This document shows positions 63,276-64,000 of a DNA stretch of 64,000 bases, piece after piece. Position 1 is the first letter of the stretch; each line of letters starts with the position of its first letter. Made by a program: the position numbers and the translations under genes. The stretch is taken from contig NC_134025.1 of assembly GCF_964204645.1 (NCBI RefSeq), positions 20,249,101 to 20,313,100 on the forward strand, in the 5' to 3' direction. The notes beneath the pieces were generated by a model. It was not told where the DNA came from, made no database searches, and was given only the letters and a program-made list of their open reading frames with translations. Origin of the DNA: Tubulanus polymorphus (lineage: Eukaryota; Animalia; Nemertea).

Positions 63276-63573
63276 TGGATGCTGAAGCTTTATAAAAAGA
63301 AGCAGTTCTAGTTAATGAATCTCAAACTTAAAACTACTTTGTTGTTATTGTTCTACAGGTTCACTCAGAATAAGTTTGTTTTAACACTTCTTTTAACGAA
63401 TATTTCTGTCATTTTCATCTCCAGCTGCTAGGAAATACCTTCGAAATGAGGTCCCAATTTTGTTGCAAAGATACCCCCCCTAAAATAAACATCATGCTAT
63501 GGCCCTGTGTACATAAGCTGTGGATGATGGCCGATTGATATTTATCTTTTATGTGAATGACAATTCCATTTCA

Positions 63574-63638
63574 GAAATCGGAAGAAAGTTTTAAAGGGAC
63601 GTACATCTACATCGTCTTACTGGTCAAGTCCTGATGTG
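63574..63638 (+). CDS. Candidate downstream CCDC61 exon
   Basis: TTTCAG|A AAT CGG AAG AAA GTT TTA AAG GGA CGT ACA TCT ACA TCG TCT TAC TGG TCA AGT CCT GAT GTG|GTCAGT. Ser/Arg-rich like the preceding exons; linkage is unproven. Confidence 0.3.
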
Positions 63639-64000
63639 GTCAGTATAACATCATACATTCATAGACATTTTGTCTGAACATTTAGATGAACACTGTGCTT
63701 ATTCCTCTATCTCATTTTCAGCCGTTCAAGAAGCCTCCAAGCTCCAAGCGTGTCAAACAATATCCTTTTACTTAATAATCTCAGAATCAGCATTTGAAGA
63801 CTTTTTGAACTTTGACACCCTTTTAAACCAATTTACCCGATGTTTCTTATATATGTAGGGCCCATCATCATGACTAATGTTGGGTTGATTGGACACAAGA
63901 TGGTCGTCGCGTGACCTTTTTGTGCCCAAAAAGGGCATTTTTGGCCTGAATTCCAAGATCTGTCACTTACTACTGGTTTGCCATTTTGCATTGAAATTTG

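Overview
This is animal genomic DNA, probably a marine invertebrate (inferred from the spliced host gene and the repeat families), and it is dominated by nested mobile elements. Bases ~1000-27372 are one decayed LINE split by two insertions. The first is a P-element-like TIR element (2355-5465, 7-bp TSD). The second is a full-length, very AT-rich endogenous Polinton/Maverick-type virus (7844-26830, AG...CT termini, 6-bp TSD GATATA). It encodes pPolB, penton, major capsid, integrase, packaging ATPase and about 9 accessory genes. The best lead is a 349-codon intein with a LAGLIDADG homing endonuclease inserted in the catalytic motif C (YFD|TD) of its pPolB. In addition, 13 of its genes start in an invariant WATAAATG context resembling a poxvirus/NCLDV late promoter. 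Together these suggest, by inference only, a virophage-like life alongside a large DNA virus. The right half holds the host gene CCDC61 (+, from 32124), with a MITE in its promoter. Downstream, probably in one very large intron, lie a spliced hAT transposase interrupted by a near-intact LINE, a decayed Bel/Pao LTR element, Helentron-type HINEs and satellites. All family assignments come from motif recognition by eye; no searches were run.
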